From Candidatus Adlerbacteria bacterium (GTDB taxonomy: Bacteria; Patescibacteriota; Minisyncoccia; Phycocordibacterales; SBAW01), in assembly GCA_963749085.1 (NCBI GenBank), contig CAVVLG010000002.1:83178-147177 (forward strand): a stretch of DNA of 64,000 bases, in the 5' to 3' direction. Below the pieces are notes generated by a model. That model was given only the letters and a program-made list of their open reading frames with translations, did not search any database and was not told where the DNA came from. Positions 1 to 9,255 of the stretch are shown here, piece after piece. Numbering within the stretch: the first letter of the stretch is position 1; each line of letters starts with the position of its first letter. The position numbers and the translations under genes are program-made.

Positions 1-2
1 CC

Positions 3-146
3 ACTGTCTATGGATGGCTCGGCAAGGGAGTCGAAAGCAAGCCCACCTACGGGCAGATGGCACGGCTCAGGAAAGAGAACGCCGAGCTCAAACAGCTCCT
101 GGGAGAGATTACCCTGAAGCTCTCCGAATCCCAAAAAAAGAGGTGA
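3..146 (+). CDS. IS3-family transposase OrfA, C-terminal fragment (N-terminus lies outside the window)
   Basis: Open from the window edge in frame 3. Leucine-zipper-like tail ends at TGA 144-146. Slippery AAAAAAG sits immediately before the stop. Confidence 0.7.
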   Translation, partial: TVYGWLGKGVESKPTYGQMARLRKENAELKQLLGEITLKLSESQKKR

Positions 147-960
147 GAGAAACAACCCTCGTCAACAAGACCCTGCTGGCGCGGGAGCTAGGGGTATCGC
201 GCCGGAGCCTGTACTACCGCCGCAGAAAGCCTCCGAAGGATTGGCTCCTCAAATGCCGCATCGAGGGGTGCTCCGGGAATATCCTTCCTACGGACATCGT
301 CGCCTGGCGCTCCACCTACGCCTCAACAGGAAACGCATCCGCAGAGTGATGCGCCTCTTCGGCATCAAGCCCTACCGCAGACGCGGGAGGAAACCGCCGA
401 GAATCAAAGGTCCAGCAAGCATCGAGTATCCCAACCTCCTCTTGGGCACCTTTCCCGCATATCCCAACCACATCTGGGTATCCGACTTCACCTACCTGCC
501 ATTCAAAGGAAAGTTTCTCTACCTCGCCACGGTGATGGATCTCTTCACAAGGGAGATCGTCGGTACGAGCGTCCTTACGGCGCATACCACCCAGCTGACG
601 CTCAATGCATTGCTCTCAGCGCTTACGCATCACCCCCGTCCGGCAATCTTCCACAGCGACAACGGCAGAGAGTACACGTCCTACGACTTTCTCTGCATGC
701 TTCTGTCATGCAACATTGCCCTCTCCCGAAGCCAGAAAGGCTGTCCCTGGGAGAACGGGTATCAGGAGTCCTTCTACAGCCATTTCAAGGTTGAGCTGGG
801 TGATCCGGGGCGTTTCAGTACGCTCGGTGAGTTGGTCTATGAAATCTACTCCCTCGTGTACCGCTACAATCACCACCGCATTCACTCGGCACTCAAGATG
901 CCACCGCGCCTCTTTGCATCAAAACACACATCGGTTACACTGCAGGGGATCATCAACTAG
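134..960 (+). pseudogene. IS3-family transposase OrfB (DDE/rve integrase), disrupted. Besides the programmed -1 frameshift at 134-140, it needs a second frame change in the G-run at about 265-268.
   Basis: Frame 2 (137-349) carries LARELGVSRRSLYYRRRKPPKDWLLKCRIEG. Frame 1 (from about 262) carries VLREYPSYGHRRLALHLRLNRKRIRRVMRLFGIK...HSDNGREYTS...KGCPWENGYQESFYSHFK. The join falls at the gagggg tract. Confidence 0.7.
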
Positions 961-1238
961 GTGAGAAAAGAAAGGGGTACGTTCCAGTCTCTCCCTCCAC
1001 CTATCCATCAAGTAGTCTCGAGTGCTTTTTGTAATGCAGGACTATTCTGGTAGTACTCCCAAAACCGAGAAAGATAGTCTTTCAGCCTGTTCGAGGTATA
1101 CTCCGTTGCGTCCACCAGTTCAGTTTACCCTTATTTTTCAACGTCTTGAAAGTTGGATTAGGGAGGAGTTCAGAACTTTTCTCATTAAGTAGTTTTAGAG
1201 TACAATCCCTTCAGAAGTAATGATTAAGGAGGACATTC

Positions 1239-1859
1239 ATGTCCATATTTGTCGCTGTGTGTGGCAACGAAGCGGTGGCTGAGCTCCTGGAAAATAAACT
1301 CCAGGTCCACTATCCGAAAGGACAGTGGAAGCTCGCATCATATGACATATATGTACCAAAAAGGATTTCGACTGACCTTTACGCACACCCCATGTCCGAA
1401 CGCACAGAGACTCGGGCATCACAAGTTCTCACGCAAGTACCTGAGTCGACTATCGCCGTCGCATTTGAGTCGGGCATCGTTCAAACGGCTATGGGTGTCG
1501 TCAATTTGGTGGACATGGATGTGCTAGAAATGAGTCCTGAAGAGTTGGACTCGCCTGAGGTCAAGAAGGAGATTCGCAGACGGAGTCTCGAAGCCGTAAA
1601 AGCCTCTCCCAGATTCGCTACTATCTCAGTCGCTTCAGTCGTTGATGCGCAGGGCAAAATCTTCGGCTGTATGGTGTTCGAAGTGGAGGAAGAACCTCAT
1701 GTGGTATTCCACTGGGGTGAAGGTAACGGTACCATCGAGCCAGCACTAGTGGAAGTGGGGGACAGAATTCCCAACCCTGCGCCATTCGTTCAGGCGGTTA
1801 GTGATGTCTTGCTTACCTACCACAAGTCTGCTGTCGAACTTCCTACTATGACGAACTAG
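1239..1859 (+). CDS. hypothetical protein (206 aa), no recognisable domain
   Basis: ATG preceded by a strong Shine-Dalgarno sequence AAGGAGG (about 1226-1232). A clean hairpin terminator follows. It lies next to the IS3 remnant. Confidence 0.6.
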   Translation: MSIFVAVCGNEAVAELLENKLQVHYPKGQWKLASYDIYVPKRISTDLYAHPMSERTETRASQVLTQVPESTIAVAFESGIVQTAMGVVNLVDMDVLEMSPEELDSPEVKKEIRRRSLEAVKASPRFATISVASVVDAQGKIFGCMVFEVEEEPHVVFHWGEGNGTIEPALVEVGDRIPNPAPFVQAVSDVLLTYHKSAVELPTMTN

Positions 1860-1860
1860 G

Positions 1861-1885
1861 GCCGCCTCACAGGCGGTCTTTCTTT
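1861..1885 (+). terminator. rho-independent terminator (ccgcc-tcaca-ggcgg followed by tctttcttt)
   Basis: GC stem-loop plus T-rich tract directly after the 1859 stop. It sits between convergent genes. Confidence 0.6.
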
Positions 1886-1997
1886 ATATGGGCAAGAGCT
1901 GTTCTAGCTCTCGTACACTGTCTCGTATCCTTTCTTTCTGCCCTAAAAGTTCTGAAAGCCACCCTATTTGCCTACCGGAATAGTTTGTAGTAGTCGT

Positions 1998-2588
1998 TCA
2001 ATACAGGAAGGGTATCAGTTTCCAATGAGTCTCCGAGAGATATTTTTGATACCGTTCATTCCGCGAGAGAAAGAGCTCTTCACGATTGATTCGAACGAGC
2101 ATAAGTCCGGTTGTGCCGATAACTATCGCTGCATTCGCCACCGACACATTCACCAATAGATACCCGAAAAGTGAGAGTAGCTCGCTGAGATACATGGGGT
2201 GTCGGACAATATGATATATTCCTCCCGTTTTTATGCTCCTCTCGGCCGGCACCATGGCGATGCTTCTGTTGAGAAACAGGACACTGATGACATTTATGAC
2301 AATGCCGATGACAATCAGCGTGCCGCCTAACAAAATGTTTATAGGATTCGCCGGCCTTAGCAGCGTTCCTAAAAAGGTCGCCGAGAAGGCTATGCCCCAG
2401 TCAAAGGGCGACGTTGATGTGACAACAGCCTTTTTCCGCACGAGGTAGAGCACAACGTACACGCTTTGATTGATTGCCACTAGCACGTAAGTGATATCCT
2501 TTGTGGCACCAAACGCCTTGAGGTTGATGAAGACGAACAAAAGCAAAAATACCGCAATGACCACATTGCCGATAAGATGCCTTGCCAT
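1998..2588 (-). CDS. isoprenylcysteine carboxyl methyltransferase / phospholipid methyltransferase family membrane protein (ICMT/PEMT-like)
   Basis: C-terminal motif KTGGIYHIVRHPMYLSELLSLFGYLL and EELFLSRNERYQKYLSETHW, with several transmembrane helices. Start set at the internal ATG (MARHLIGN). The longer track ORF (to 3056) overlaps the opposite-strand gene and its extra segment has T-rich third codon positions. An alternative ATG start is at 2738. Confidence 0.6.
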   Translation of the reverse strand: MARHLIGNVVIAVFLLLFVFINLKAFGATKDITYVLVAINQSVYVVLYLVRKKAVVTSTSPFDWGIAFSATFLGTLLRPANPINILLGGTLIVIGIVINVISVLFLNRSIAMVPAERSIKTGGIYHIVRHPMYLSELLSLFGYLLVNVSVANAAIVIGTTGLMLVRINREELFLSRNERYQKYLSETHWKLIPFLY

Positions 2589-2808
2589 AAATCGAATGCT
2601 ATCATAATGCCAGAGTAGGACTTGAGAGGGGATAGCAGATGGGAAAAAGGAAAAAGCACAAAGAAAAGAAGCGAAAACATAAAAAGAAGAAAAAGAAGAA
2701 CAAAGGACAATGGTTCCTTGTGAAGGTGCCACGCGCATCCGACGACTGACTTGTGTATCTGAGTAAAGCCCTGTCATAGCGGGGCTTTTCTGTGATATTA
2801 TTTTCACT

Positions 2809-3708
2809 ATGGTTCTTTCGGCAGATTTCTTCGGTCTCATTTTGTATTGCGTGCAGCAGCTCGGCGTTACTCTCGGCGTTGGCTCCCAGACCATTTTACT
2901 TGTGGCGTATCTTATTTCGATGCGCGACGGCATCCTCGACAGTAAAGAAGCCCAGTTTTCCCGCGCGGTACGCGCAGTCCTCAATACAGGACTCATGTGC
3001 ATAGTTATCTCAGGCGTCGGAATTACCTTTATGCACATCCTTGCGGGGGAGGGCACAACGGTACTAGCCCCTGCCTATCTTTTTAAATGGCTACTTATCA
3101 TATTGGCCCTTGGACTCACACTCATCTCCAAGGATTCCACAAAAAGCCTCCTCTATGGAGTTGCAGGTGGAACTTGGTACGCGCTTTTCTTGGTGCATAT
3201 CCTGGCGCCGGTCACCACCTGGAGCAACCTGTTCACGCTTTACGTGGTGTGGCTCGTCGGTTTTATATTGTGCTGGGAAGCGCTAACGTTCCTCATGCGC
3301 GATAGAGCCGGACGTCCCAAGCCGCAAGTTGTAACCGCGGTAAAAGCTCCTGTGAAAGAAGCCCCTCAAAAAATAATTCCTCCTGCCCTACCCGTGATGC
3401 CAAAAAAAGAATTTTCCCCTATACCTCCTCCGATACCAAAAAAAGAAATTCCTCCGACGCCCTCAAATCTTCCGACGCAGGAAGCACCAGTCATCATACC
3501 GAACCGGATCGTATCGCCCTCAAACGTTGTGGTATCAAACAGCAATACATTACCGCTCCAAAAAGATCCATTACCGACGACTCCGATGGTGTCGCAGAAG
3601 GACGCTCCCCTCACGCCAAGGTCGCCAGAAAAGGTCCCCAACGATGCCGCGTCCGGACTACCCACTATTCAGGTGATGCCGAAAACTCCGAATGATCTGC
3701 AGACGTAA
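2809..3708 (+). CDS. membrane protein (4-5 TM) with proline-rich low-complexity C-terminal tail
   Basis: Hydrophobic N-terminal 170 aa followed by PKKE/PPIP/TP-rich tail. Abuts the next gene. Confidence 0.55.
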   Translation: MVLSADFFGLILYCVQQLGVTLGVGSQTILLVAYLISMRDGILDSKEAQFSRAVRAVLNTGLMCIVISGVGITFMHILAGEGTTVLAPAYLFKWLLIILALGLTLISKDSTKSLLYGVAGGTWYALFLVHILAPVTTWSNLFTLYVVWLVGFILCWEALTFLMRDRAGRPKPQVVTAVKAPVKEAPQKIIPPALPVMPKKEFSPIPPPIPKKEIPPTPSNLPTQEAPVIIPNRIVSPSNVVVSNSNTLPLQKDPLPTTPMVSQKDAPLTPRSPEKVPNDAASGLPTIQVMPKTPNDLQT

Positions 3709-3713
3709 TTACC

Positions 3714-4325
3714 ATGGGATTTTTCAGCGAACGAAAAAAGAAAAAAATAACGCTTCTTTTGGGGCATCCGGACAAGGAGACGTTAAGCGGCGAGTTAGTC
3801 GATCTCTACGAGGGCGCCGCAAAAAAAGCCGGACACGAGGTACAGCGTTTCAACGTCGGCGATATGAGGTTCGACCCCATCCTCCATAAAGGCTACAAAG
3901 TTATCCAGGAATTGGAGCCCGACTTGCGGGAACTCCAGGAGTCGATAACCTGGTGTGACCATTTCGTTATTTTCTACCCTAACTGGTGGTCGACGATGCC
4001 AGCGTCCCTCAAAGGGTTGTTCGATCGCTTATGGCTACCGGGATTTGCTTTCAACATGCGTAAGCACAAGGACGGGACGCCCGCGATAGGGTGGAAAAAA
4101 AGAATGAAAGGCAAGACCGCTCGCGTCTTTGTGCTCTCGGGGGACCATCCCTTTTTCATTTGGCTTTTTTTCGGTGATTACACCAACGAGATACGCATGG
4201 GTATTTTATGGTTTGCCGGATTTAAGACGAAGCTCTCGCGCCTGGGTCCTACTGATTATCCTCCAGCGTGGAAAGTACACGAGTGGCAGCGCAAGGTACA
4301 AAAATTGGCTAAGTTGGCAGAATAA
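3714..4325 (+). CDS. flavodoxin-like NAD(P)H dehydrogenase (quinone) family protein (NQO1/MdaB/YwrO-like FMN reductase)
   Basis: ITLLLGHPDKETLSGELVDLYEGAAKKAGHEV...CDHFVIFYPNWWSTMPASLKGLFDRLWLPGFAF are classic Flavodoxin_2 motifs. Confidence 0.8.
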   Translation: MGFFSERKKKKITLLLGHPDKETLSGELVDLYEGAAKKAGHEVQRFNVGDMRFDPILHKGYKVIQELEPDLRELQESITWCDHFVIFYPNWWSTMPASLKGLFDRLWLPGFAFNMRKHKDGTPAIGWKKRMKGKTARVFVLSGDHPFFIWLFFGDYTNEIRMGILWFAGFKTKLSRLGPTDYPPAWKVHEWQRKVQKLAKLAE

Positions 4326-4491
4326 TAAAAGGATCGCGAACGCTAGCTGCCGCCTGCTGTTTGTTTCGGGCAAATCCAAGCCTGAGAACTTCATCCAAGA
4401 TTCATGTCGTTGCGATTATTGTGCTTACTCGTCCGACTTCTGCTGTGATGCCGCCCCCTTGGCTGCGCCTCATAGATGCTACTAAATCTTT

Positions 4492-4767
4492 ATGACACGA
4501 CTCGTTAACGCAATCATTGGAATTATTGAAGCACTTTTCCTCGTGCGATTAGGACTGCAACTATTCGCAGCTAACTCGTTATCACCATTTGTTGCATGGC
4601 TATACGCGGTCACCAATGGACTCGCTGGACCTTTTGCGGGGGCATTCCCGGCGTTCCCTTTAGGAAATGGCTCTGTCATTGACCTCTCGATCGTCCTCGC
4701 GATGATCTGTTATGCTATCTTGGGGTGGCTTATTGTTCTCCTCCTGTCGTTTGTGTTTAGCTCCTAA
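4492..4767 (+). CDS. YggT-family small membrane protein
   Basis: 91 aa, two hydrophobic segments, YGGT-like pattern (LIIRILLSW-like N-terminus). Confidence 0.5.
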   Translation: MTRLVNAIIGIIEALFLVRLGLQLFAANSLSPFVAWLYAVTNGLAGPFAGAFPAFPLGNGSVIDLSIVLAMICYAILGWLIVLLLSFVFSS

Positions 4768-4917
4768 CTCGGCTGGACCTTAAGGACCCCTAGGATGGCT
4801 CTTCAAACTCTTCTTTAACCCAATTTTGCAAGCATTTGAAAAAATAAGGCCGAGATCATGAACTGCAAGGCACTGCGGTTTCTGTAGAGCTTCTAGCAAA
4901 CGTTGCGTAGGACACGC

Positions 4918-4960
4918 GCCGGGGAGGCCCCTTGCATCAATGCCTTGGGGCCTCCCCGGC
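4918..4960. other. perfect 14-bp GC-rich inverted repeat (gccggggaggcccc / ggggcctccccggc) with a 15-nt loop that itself holds a 4-bp palindrome (gcat..atgc)
   Basis: Read directly from the sequence. It lies in a 394-nt gap between convergent genes, with no U-tract on either side. Confidence 0.6.
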
Positions 4961-5161
4961 TCAAACCATCAGTAAGTCCATACCGGAAGGATGATTGACT
5001 AATGACTCTCAGAAACAAGCGTGGCTTTCAGACAGTGGCGCGATTGCGCTCATCTCACCGCCTTAATATATAACGAGACGGTTTTAGTCTCGAGGGTGCA
5101 CTGTATCAAAACCAAGCTGAAAGTCGGATGAAATCGTTGCTCAAAAAGAATTGTGCTTCAA

Positions 5162-7189
5162 CTAATGCGGCACCTTCCTAAATGCCGTTTCAATTTCCTT
5201 AAGGCCGACGGGCTTAGTAAGATGAAGAGAAAAACCTGCTTTGAGCGCCTGTGCCTTGTCTTTAGGCTGGCCATACCCCGTGAGCGCAATGAGGGTGGAT
5301 GAAAAGTCTTTTTTTCCTTGCAATACGCGCGCGACTTCATATCCGTCTATATCCGGCAGTCCGATATCCAGGATGATGATCTGCGGGTGGAATTGTTGGG
5401 CCTTATATATCGCTTCGGAACCGTTGAGAGCGAGTTGGACCTCGTGTCCACGAAGCTCCAGAAGCCGTCCGAGTGCTTCAGCCGCCACCTCATTATCGTC
5501 AACAACAAGTATGGAGCGAGTATATTTAACCCGACGCAACGCCCGGCCGACGTGAAGTTTTGGCCGAACGACCGATGGCAGCTGTACATCCGCGGGCAAC
5601 GGCAAACGAACAATAAACTCGGAGCCGAGCCCTTCTCCTGGGCTAGTCGCTTCTATGCTGCCGCCGTGCATTTCGACAAGCTGGCGCGTCAGCGGCAAAC
5701 CAACGCCGAGTCCTTCGGTAGCCAGTTGTCCGCGCTCGACCTGAAAGAAAGGCTCAAAAATGCGCTTGAGCATGTTTTTCGGGATGCCGATACCGTTGTC
5801 GCGCACGCGGATGACCGCCGTAGTGCCCTCCTTCCGGGAGACCAGCTCTATGGACCCGTTGGGCTTGGTGTATTTTGCCGCGTTGTTAAGAAGGTTCACC
5901 AGTATCTGCTCAAGCCGTATGGGATCGGCGTCTAGATACAGCTCATGCTCCGGTTTTACGACGGCGAGAGTATGGCCGCGGCTGCGTATGAGTGTCTGAG
6001 CCGCGCGCACGGAACGGTCGATCAGGGAATCCAAAGAAAGTTTTTCCTTTCGCAGTGTCAGTTTATTCTGCGATATGCGGGAGACATCGAGCAGATCGTC
6101 CAGCATGCTGGTCATGGCGCGGACATGCTCGTCTATCGTCTGGAGGAGCAGAGCCGTGTCCGGCGCATGTGTTTCCTGCAGTCTCAGAAGTTCGGCCGAA
6201 CTCAGTATCGCCGAGAGCGGGTTGCGAAGCTCGTGGGCGAGGATCGCGAGGAAGTTTTTTCTCGCTTCGTCTTCGGATGAGACCTTGTGCAGTGCCTGCT
6301 CCAGCTCCTCGACGTGATGCCGCAGCAATCTCTGAGTGTTTTTGCGCTCCTCGACAACGGCGGCAAAAATAAGGAACACCGCGCTCGTGGTCCCTATGAA
6401 TAATTGGAGGTAGAACAATCCTTCAAAGGCGTACGGGCCGTACCCCGCAAATGCACCCGAAAGAGCTACGACTGCCACAAGAAAGAGCGCAAGCGTCGTG
6501 CCCCGCGGGCCAGTGCGCAGCGACGCCCAGGTCAGCGGGATAAAAAGGTAATAGACGAAATTTGTCTGCGGCGTCCAGAAAACGAAGAGGGAGACGCACA
6601 ACACCGTGAGCGCGACCGCGCCGAGCTCTATATACTGCAGCGGCGTTCTACTAAAAAACGGCTGGGAAATCCATTTGAGGAGAAAAGGCGAAACGATGAG
6701 AATACCGAGCACGTTTCCGATCCACCACTCCATCCCTGTTACTTGTATCGCTGCCGTACTGAGCCCTCCGAGCCGCAGACTTACCACCGCGAGGGCGACA
6801 CTTATCAAGCTGGCGCACAGTGCCACTGCAATAATGCCGATATTATCGCGCAATCGCGCAAAAGCCGGATTGAGACCGACATATCGCCGCAGCACATATG
6901 TGCCAGCGAGACTCTGAAGTGTATTTCCGAGCGCAATGCCAAGCGCCAGGAGGGGCGTTCCACCCGCGGAGAGATTCACCGCAAACGAAGCAAGGATAAC
7001 GGCAGGCCAAAGGCTGTACCCATATAAAAAGAGGGCGGCGAGCGCAATGCCTGCCTCCAGCGAGACTACAGGTACGAACGCAGTAACTGGATGAATGGCA
7101 AGCTCAAGGCGCCCGATGATGAAATAGGCTGCAAAAAGCCCCACATGGGGGCCAAACCGTTTGAGATAGTGGGAAAAAAGCTGAGGCAT
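5162..7189 (-). CDS. hybrid sensor histidine kinase. It has a polytopic membrane sensor domain, HisKA, HATPase_c and a C-terminal receiver domain.
   Basis: H-box FLAILAHELRNPLSAI. N/G boxes (NLLNNAAKYT, VRDNGIGIP, GLGVGLPLTRQ). Receiver ILVVDDNEVAAE...IILDIGLPDIDGYEV...LHLTKPV. The start is set at the ATG one nt after the regulator stop (TGAcATG). The track start at 7231 is a TTG with a 40-nt overlap. Confidence 0.88.
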   Translation of the reverse strand: MPQLFSHYLKRFGPHVGLFAAYFIIGRLELAIHPVTAFVPVVSLEAGIALAALFLYGYSLWPAVILASFAVNLSAGGTPLLALGIALGNTLQSLAGTYVLRRYVGLNPAFARLRDNIGIIAVALCASLISVALAVVSLRLGGLSTAAIQVTGMEWWIGNVLGILIVSPFLLKWISQPFFSRTPLQYIELGAVALTVLCVSLFVFWTPQTNFVYYLFIPLTWASLRTGPRGTTLALFLVAVVALSGAFAGYGPYAFEGLFYLQLFIGTTSAVFLIFAAVVEERKNTQRLLRHHVEELEQALHKVSSEDEARKNFLAILAHELRNPLSAILSSAELLRLQETHAPDTALLLQTIDEHVRAMTSMLDDLLDVSRISQNKLTLRKEKLSLDSLIDRSVRAAQTLIRSRGHTLAVVKPEHELYLDADPIRLEQILVNLLNNAAKYTKPNGSIELVSRKEGTTAVIRVRDNGIGIPKNMLKRIFEPFFQVERGQLATEGLGVGLPLTRQLVEMHGGSIEATSPGEGLGSEFIVRLPLPADVQLPSVVRPKLHVGRALRRVKYTRSILVVDDNEVAAEALGRLLELRGHEVQLALNGSEAIYKAQQFHPQIIILDIGLPDIDGYEVARVLQGKKDFSSTLIALTGYGQPKDKAQALKAGFSLHLTKPVGLKEIETAFRKVPH

Positions 7190-7190
7190 G

Positions 7191-7865
7191 TCATGCCACG
7201 AGGCGGTACCCGACGCCGCGGACTGTCTCAAAATGAGCCGAGTTGCTGTTCTGACCGAGTTTTTTGCGCAGATTCTTCATGTGCACGTCGAGAACGTTGC
7301 TGTACGTCAGAGCGTTAAAGTCCCACACTTTATTGGAGAGCTCTTCGCGCGTGAATACTTCTCCGGGCCGGCGAAGAAAACATTCAAGGAGAGAGTATTC
7401 CTTGAGGGTCAGGGGAATTTCGGTATCCCCGACGGACACGCGGCGGGCGCCGGTATTTATCGTAATATCGCCCACGGCATGTATCACCCTCGGTGCTGCC
7501 TTGGGGCGCCGCGATACGGAGTTAATGCGAGCGATGAGCTCTTCCGAAGAAAATGGTTTTACCACGTAATCGTCGGCACCCGAGTTCAAGAGCTCAACTT
7601 TATATTCCGTTCCGGATTGACCGGTAAGAATAATGACCGGTGTGGTGATATGGTCGGCTCGCAGGAACTTGGTAAGAGTAATTCCGTCGAGGCCCGGCAG
7701 CGTGAGATCAAGAATGATAGCGTCGTATTCCTTGTGATAGAGCGAGATGCGATTTCGCGCTTTCTCGCCATCCGCGAGCCAGTCTACCGCAAAACCCTTC
7801 AGTTCAAGGATTTTCTTGAGGTTTTTTGCAAGGGCCTCCTCGTCCTCTACGATTAAGAGTCTCAT
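7191..7865 (-). CDS. OmpR/PhoB-family response regulator (receiver plus winged-helix DNA-binding domain)
   Basis: MRLLIVEDEEALAKNL...ILDLTLPGLDG...ADDYVVKPFSSEEL. C-terminal TVRGVGYRL. Confidence 0.92.
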   Translation of the reverse strand: MRLLIVEDEEALAKNLKKILELKGFAVDWLADGEKARNRISLYHKEYDAIILDLTLPGLDGITLTKFLRADHITTPVIILTGQSGTEYKVELLNSGADDYVVKPFSSEELIARINSVSRRPKAAPRVIHAVGDITINTGARRVSVGDTEIPLTLKEYSLLECFLRRPGEVFTREELSNKVWDFNALTYSNVLDVHMKNLRKKLGQNSNSAHFETVRGVGYRLVA

Positions 7866-7960
7866 ACGATCATTCTACCTTATGTACGTCTATATGAATA
7901 TCTCATGAAGAAATATTCAGGAAAACGCACGAGGATGCAAGCCGGGCCTAGGAGTATCAA

Positions 7961-9232
7961 ATGCCGAGCAAGGAACAAATCGAGCGATACACCAAGGCCG
8001 CGCGAGAGATGATTAAGGGCTTGAATTTCGAGACGAAACGGGGGATAGTGCTTGATGTCGTAGATAAAATCGTCGCTAACCCGCAACAGCTAGAAGTCTA
8101 TGGATATGTTCGAATAACCAACATGTCGCATTCCGCTCTGAGCATAGGCATCGTGGGACTCCCCAACGTGGGTAAGTCAACCTTATTTCAGGCGCTCACC
8201 AAAAAGAGTGTTCTCATCGCCAATTACCCCTTCGCCACTATCGATCCTTCGGTCGGCGTGGTCGCAGTGCCCGATGAACGGATGGACAAACTGGCCACCT
8301 TTTCCTCGTCAGCTAAGAAGATCCCCGCCGCGATAGAGTTCGTCGATATTGCTGGATTGGTCAAAGGGGCTTCTGAAGGGGAGGGGTTGGGCAATAAATT
8401 CCTCTCGTATATCCGTGAGGTTGATGCCATAGCTCATGTCGTGCGGGTGTTTGATAACGTTAACATCACCCATGTTGAAGCGGAAGTTAATCCGGTACGC
8501 GATATCGAAACTATAAACCTAGAATTGGCGCTTGCTGATTTGGAAACGGCTACCAAGAAGCTCGATTCGCTGGAGCGCGATGTGCGTGCGGGCAAGAAAG
8601 AGGCGATGGTCGAGCAATCGGCAACCATGAAAGCAAAAAAAGTATTGGAGGCGGGAAGTTTGGCCGCCACGGCCCCATATACTCCTGAAGAGAGGAATGC
8701 GCTAAAGGGTCTACATTTGCTCACGCTTAAACCGATGCTCTATGTGCTCAATCGCGAAGCCGACGGACACAATCTCGACGAGCTTAAGGACGATCGCTGG
8801 CAGTCGCTCATGGAGTTTTTTGAAAAAAATAACGCCGCACACGTTATCGTAGACGCGCACATTGAGAATGAGCTCCGCGAACTTCAGGGAGAAGATAAAA
8901 CATCGTTCCGGCAGGAATACGGTATTTTCGACGACGGCATTAATGCGCTTATTAAAGCCGGATACGCGCTGTTGGGCCTCATTAGTTTCTTTACGACCGG
9001 CGAAGACGAGACTCGCGCTTGGACTATTCCCCAGGGCTCGGCGGCACCCGAGGCGGGCGCCACCATACACACCGATTTTTTTGATAAATTCATACGCGCT
9101 GAGGTCATTAACTGGCGGATACTGCTTAATGCAGGCTCCTATGCAATTGCGCGCGAAAAAGGTCTCATCCGTACTGAGGGAAAGGAGTACGTAGTCAAAG
9201 ACGGCGACGTTATAGAATTTCTTCACTCATAA
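7961..9232 (+). CDS. ychF: ribosome-binding ATPase YchF (Obg-family GTPase) with an in-frame 54-aa N-terminal extension. A canonical start would be 8123.
   Basis: G1 motif [18 protein letters not shown], the DxxG motif and the TGS C-terminus. The ATG at 7961 has a strong Shine-Dalgarno sequence AGGAG 6 nt upstream. The internal [12 protein letters not shown] start at 8123 has none. Confidence 0.85.
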   Translation: MPSKEQIERYTKAAREMIKGLNFETKRGIVLDVVDKIVANPQQLEVYGYVRITNMSHSALSIGIVGLPNVGKSTLFQALTKKSVLIANYPFATIDPSVGVVAVPDERMDKLATFSSSAKKIPAAIEFVDIAGLVKGASEGEGLGNKFLSYIREVDAIAHVVRVFDNVNITHVEAEVNPVRDIETINLELALADLETATKKLDSLERDVRAGKKEAMVEQSATMKAKKVLEAGSLAATAPYTPEERNALKGLHLLTLKPMLYVLNREADGHNLDELKDDRWQSLMEFFEKNNAAHVIVDAHIENELRELQGEDKTSFRQEYGIFDDGINALIKAGYALLGLISFFTTGEDETRAWTIPQGSAAPEAGATIHTDFFDKFIRAEVINWRILLNAGSYAIAREKGLIRTEGKEYVVKDGDVIEFLHS

Positions 9233-9255
9233 AAAGAAAACGGCCAACTGTATGT

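Larger units (their letters stand above)
1..1000 (+). mobile_element. IS3-family insertion sequence, 5'-truncated at the window edge. It has a transposase OrfA tail and a frameshifted OrfB. The right end is approximate.
   Basis: Frame 3 reads ...YGQMARLRKENAELKQLLGEITLKLSESQKKR*, a typical IS3 OrfA leucine-zipper C-terminus. An A6G slippery site lies at 134-140. The downstream frame carries the LGVSRRSLYY motif and a DDE integrase core (HSDNGREYTS, KGCPWENGYQESFYSHFKVEL). Confidence 0.8.

Noticed and set aside
2589-3056. N-terminal 156 codons of the 352-aa minus-strand track ORF (1998-3056)
   Set aside because: It overlaps the convincing + strand membrane-protein gene (2809-3708). It is translated from a polypyrimidine tract with T-rich third positions and has no ribosome-binding site. 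The methyltransferase homology lies only in the C-terminal part.
7190-7231. Track start codons at 7231, 10796, 14245, 18292, 58538 and 61531
   Set aside because: All are TTG or GTG codons that overlap the upstream gene or lack a ribosome-binding site. Internal ATG codons with better signals (or a GTG for mnmA) give N-termini that match the protein families.
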